DNA of 17,167 bases, from NCBI GenBank assembly GCA_034722435.1, contig JAYENX010000013.1:1-17167 (forward strand), read 5' to 3'. The stretch comes from Nanobdellota archaeon (GTDB taxonomy: Archaea; Nanobdellota; Nanobdellia; Woesearchaeales; JAHWHD01). A model generated the notes under the pieces. The model searched no databases and was not told where the DNA came from. It saw only the letters and a program-made list of their open reading frames with translations. Of this stretch, positions 14,995 through 17,167 are shown piece after piece. How positions within the stretch are numbered: the first letter of the stretch is position 1; every line of letters begins with the position of its first letter. The position numbers and the translations under genes are program-made.

Positions 14995-16122
14995 TTAAAT
15001 AATCATTGCAATAAGTGAGGTAGCGCTTGTTATTGAAAATCCTGCGAAGAAATTTCCTCCCAATATCAAAAGTGTGGTTAATATAGATACTCTTCCCGCT
15101 GTAAGTGCAATCTCTCTAAATATCATGAATTCTAACGGATTCTTTTTGGCAGCTGTTTTCAAAGCTAAAGTATAAAATGGCATTTCTACAAGAATCATAA
15201 CAGTTCCTACAAAAAAACTTGCTAAATATATTGCAATGTTACCTCTTATATATGGAACTATACTAAAAACAATAAACGCCCCGAATCCGCCAACCTTTAT
15301 TAACGTAATTAAAGTAACCTTTTTGGCCAGGTATCCTAAAATTAAAGGAAATGATACTACGCTTATGGAAACAATTGTACCTGTTATACCTAACGAAACA
15401 TAATCTTTTAAAATAGAATATACAAATAAAGGCCACAAAACTGCCGCGGCAATGTATATTACCCCGTGCAAAAAGAACCCTGCAAAAAATTTTGTATGTT
15501 CTTTATCCAATACATCTTTTAACAAAAACTTTTTTCTTGGCCTAAAATCTTTAGTGGAGAATAAAGGTATTAATGACGTAAATAATAATATTGAAATTAT
15601 TAGTAATAAAACTTTGAATCCGAACGTGATAATTATACCGCCTCCTATCAAAGGGCCGAGTATTGAAAAAATCCCTGGAACTGAAAAAATATAACTTACT
15701 TGTTTTCTAGCTTTTTTCTTTTGACTATATTTAGCAAATAAACTATGTAAAGGAACCCAATAAAAAGCACTTGCAAAACCTTCAACAGCGCTAAGACTGT
15801 ATAATAAGTTCATATTCACGCCATTCAAGAGATATAATAAAACAAAGAATATAATATAAAAAGGGATACTGGCCATTATTAAATGTTTCAGACCTATTTT
15901 CCTTGCTAATTTTGCAGTTAATAAAGCTGCAAATCCGAATACTGTAAACGTAAGTATATAATACGTAAACACTAATTCAAGAGTAAAACCTATTTTCAGA
16001 AGATATATTGGAATGAATATTATTCCCATGCTCAAAGCAAAACTTCTTATTGCAAGATTCATATATATTTCAATTATCTCGGATTTCAACCAATGATGAT
16101 AATGAAAATGTTTGCCGTGCAT
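14995..16122 (-). CDS. MFS transporter
   Basis: About 12 hydrophobic segments in two halves, motif-A-like AKLARKIGLK, IFSILGPLIGG, N-terminal IRSFALSMGIIFIPIYL. Confidence 0.8.
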   Translation of the reverse strand: MHGKHFHYHHWLKSEIIEIYMNLAIRSFALSMGIIFIPIYLLKIGFTLELVFTYYILTFTVFGFAALLTAKLARKIGLKHLIMASIPFYIIFFVLLYLLNGVNMNLLYSLSAVEGFASAFYWVPLHSLFAKYSQKKKARKQVSYIFSVPGIFSILGPLIGGGIIITFGFKVLLLIISILLFTSLIPLFSTKDFRPRKKFLLKDVLDKEHTKFFAGFFLHGVIYIAAAVLWPLFVYSILKDYVSLGITGTIVSISVVSFPLILGYLAKKVTLITLIKVGGFGAFIVFSIVPYIRGNIAIYLASFFVGTVMILVEMPFYTLALKTAAKKNPLEFMIFREIALTAGRVSILTTLLILGGNFFAGFSITSATSLIAMII

Positions 16123-16123
16123 A

Positions 16124-17029
16124 TTAAAAACCTATAAAACCTAGTATTGCAAGTATTATGAATCCTGCTACACATCCTATACTTAAGAAAGGCATTGCAG
16201 GGTAAAACTTATCTTTTTTAGCTGCTGTCAATAACCAAAACAATGCTACTGTTGTAGTGACTGTAATAATTACAGTTTTTAAGAAGCCTATTGCGATTGT
16301 ATTGGTTAACATTAACTGTTTCATCATAACTCCTGCAAACAATAATGTAAAACCTATATCTCCTCCGCCAAGAACTGCAGTTTTCACTTTAACTTTCTTA
16401 GATTTCTTTTTACCCATTTTACTCATCTTGGGCAATTTATACGGTACAAGTAAACCTGCAAAAACTTTACTATCCGTTTGGAACTTTGCAAGTTTTACCA
16501 TGTGCTTACTTTTCCAAACTGCGATCATATCATATATGGATATTATCAGTAAAAGTATAAATGCACCTTTAACACTTATTATAGGAACAAATATTGCTGC
16601 GAGTCCTCCATAGATAAATAGTTCTGTCCCATTATGAACCCATATATTAGGTTTGAAAACTTTCCAGATTCCTAACGCGAGCGCAAGTATTACTGCTAGT
16701 AACTGATTAACAAAAGCTCCGAATGCAATTGAAAGAGCTAACCATACGCTGATAAAGAACCAAAATTTCCATATATTAACTCTTCTGAATCTTATTAATA
16801 ATAACAATAACGCCGTACCTATTAAAATGGCTGCCATTATCCATGCGTACGAACTTGTTTCTTCAATTTCAGGCCTTTCAAGATCATACGGTAGATTTGA
16901 CCACGTAATATTTCCCGTCTCCTCGGTTTGTTCGTGGTCCATATACTGATTAATTACTCCTAAACCAATAATTTGTGCACAGAAGAAAATTATTACCAAG
17001 AATATAGTCACTTTCAGTGTATGTTTCAT
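16124..17029 (-). CDS. Presenilin-family intramembrane aspartyl protease (PSH-like)
   Basis: Catalytic YD (ISIYDMIAVW, 16529-16534), GxGD (LGGGDIG, 16358-16369), PAL-like YPAMPFL, about 9 TM segments. Confidence 0.92.
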   Translation of the reverse strand: MKHTLKVTIFLVIIFFCAQIIGLGVINQYMDHEQTEETGNITWSNLPYDLERPEIEETSSYAWIMAAILIGTALLLLLIRFRRVNIWKFWFFISVWLALSIAFGAFVNQLLAVILALALGIWKVFKPNIWVHNGTELFIYGGLAAIFVPIISVKGAFILLLIISIYDMIAVWKSKHMVKLAKFQTDSKVFAGLLVPYKLPKMSKMGKKKSKKVKVKTAVLGGGDIGFTLLFAGVMMKQLMLTNTIAIGFLKTVIITVTTTVALFWLLTAAKKDKFYPAMPFLSIGCVAGFIILAILGFIGF

Positions 17030-17130
17030 TTCTGCCTCTTTTAGTTGATATTACTTTATTATTGTCATATTCTTTCTATTAATAGTTATTGTCTATTTTT
17101 ACTATTATTTTATATTCTTATTTTACTATT

Positions 17131-17151
17131 TATTATTATTATTATTATTAT
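17131..17151. repeat. (TAT)7 simple repeat in AT-rich intergenic DNA
   Basis: TATTATTATTATTATTATTAT read directly from the sequence. Confidence 0.8.
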
Positions 17152-17167
17152 ATTTTTATTATTTTAC

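Noticed and set aside
17030-17167. AT-rich end as a CRISPR leader, origin, or Asn-rich ORF tail
   Set aside because: There are no direct repeats with spacers and no ORB-like motif, and all three minus-strand frames hit stops within a few codons of the window edge. Only a (TAT)7 microsatellite is supported.
1-17167. Mobile elements, defence systems or genetic-code reassignment
   Set aside because: I see no transposase, integrase, terminal repeats or compositional island, and all conserved genes read through intact in the standard code with TAA, TAG and TGA all used as stops.

Overview
AT-rich archaeal chromosomal housekeeping window. Gene content and style suggest a DPANN/Nanobdellota archaeon such as Woesearchaeota (inference, no search run). 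In order on the + strand: 5'-truncated gyrA with an intact GyrA box and a 60-aa acidic tail; a Trm14-like THUMP RNA methyltransferase; RNase P RNA; Sec61beta/SecG (absent from the supplied ORF track); NAC; two overlapping hypothetical genes that are mutual paralogs with a HEPN-like helical pattern; a membrane protein; tRNA-His(GUG) with an encoded G-1 and a 36-nt intron in the T-loop (59/60); a ~110-nt structured leader; the canonical S13-S4-S11-rpoD-L18e-L13-S9-rpoN cluster; LeuRS; and an unknown membrane protein. These are followed by SRP RNA (- strand), an MBL-fold hydrolase (+), and an MFS transporter and a presenilin-like aspartyl protease (both -). I see no mobile element, CRISPR array or defence island. 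The best leads are the HEPN-like paralog pair, the T-loop tRNA intron, the four-hairpin rps13 leader, eukaryote-like motifs in LeuRS, and reduced or atypical elements in the SRP and RNase P RNAs. All folds and alignments were done by eye, and reference motifs are recalled from knowledge rather than computed.
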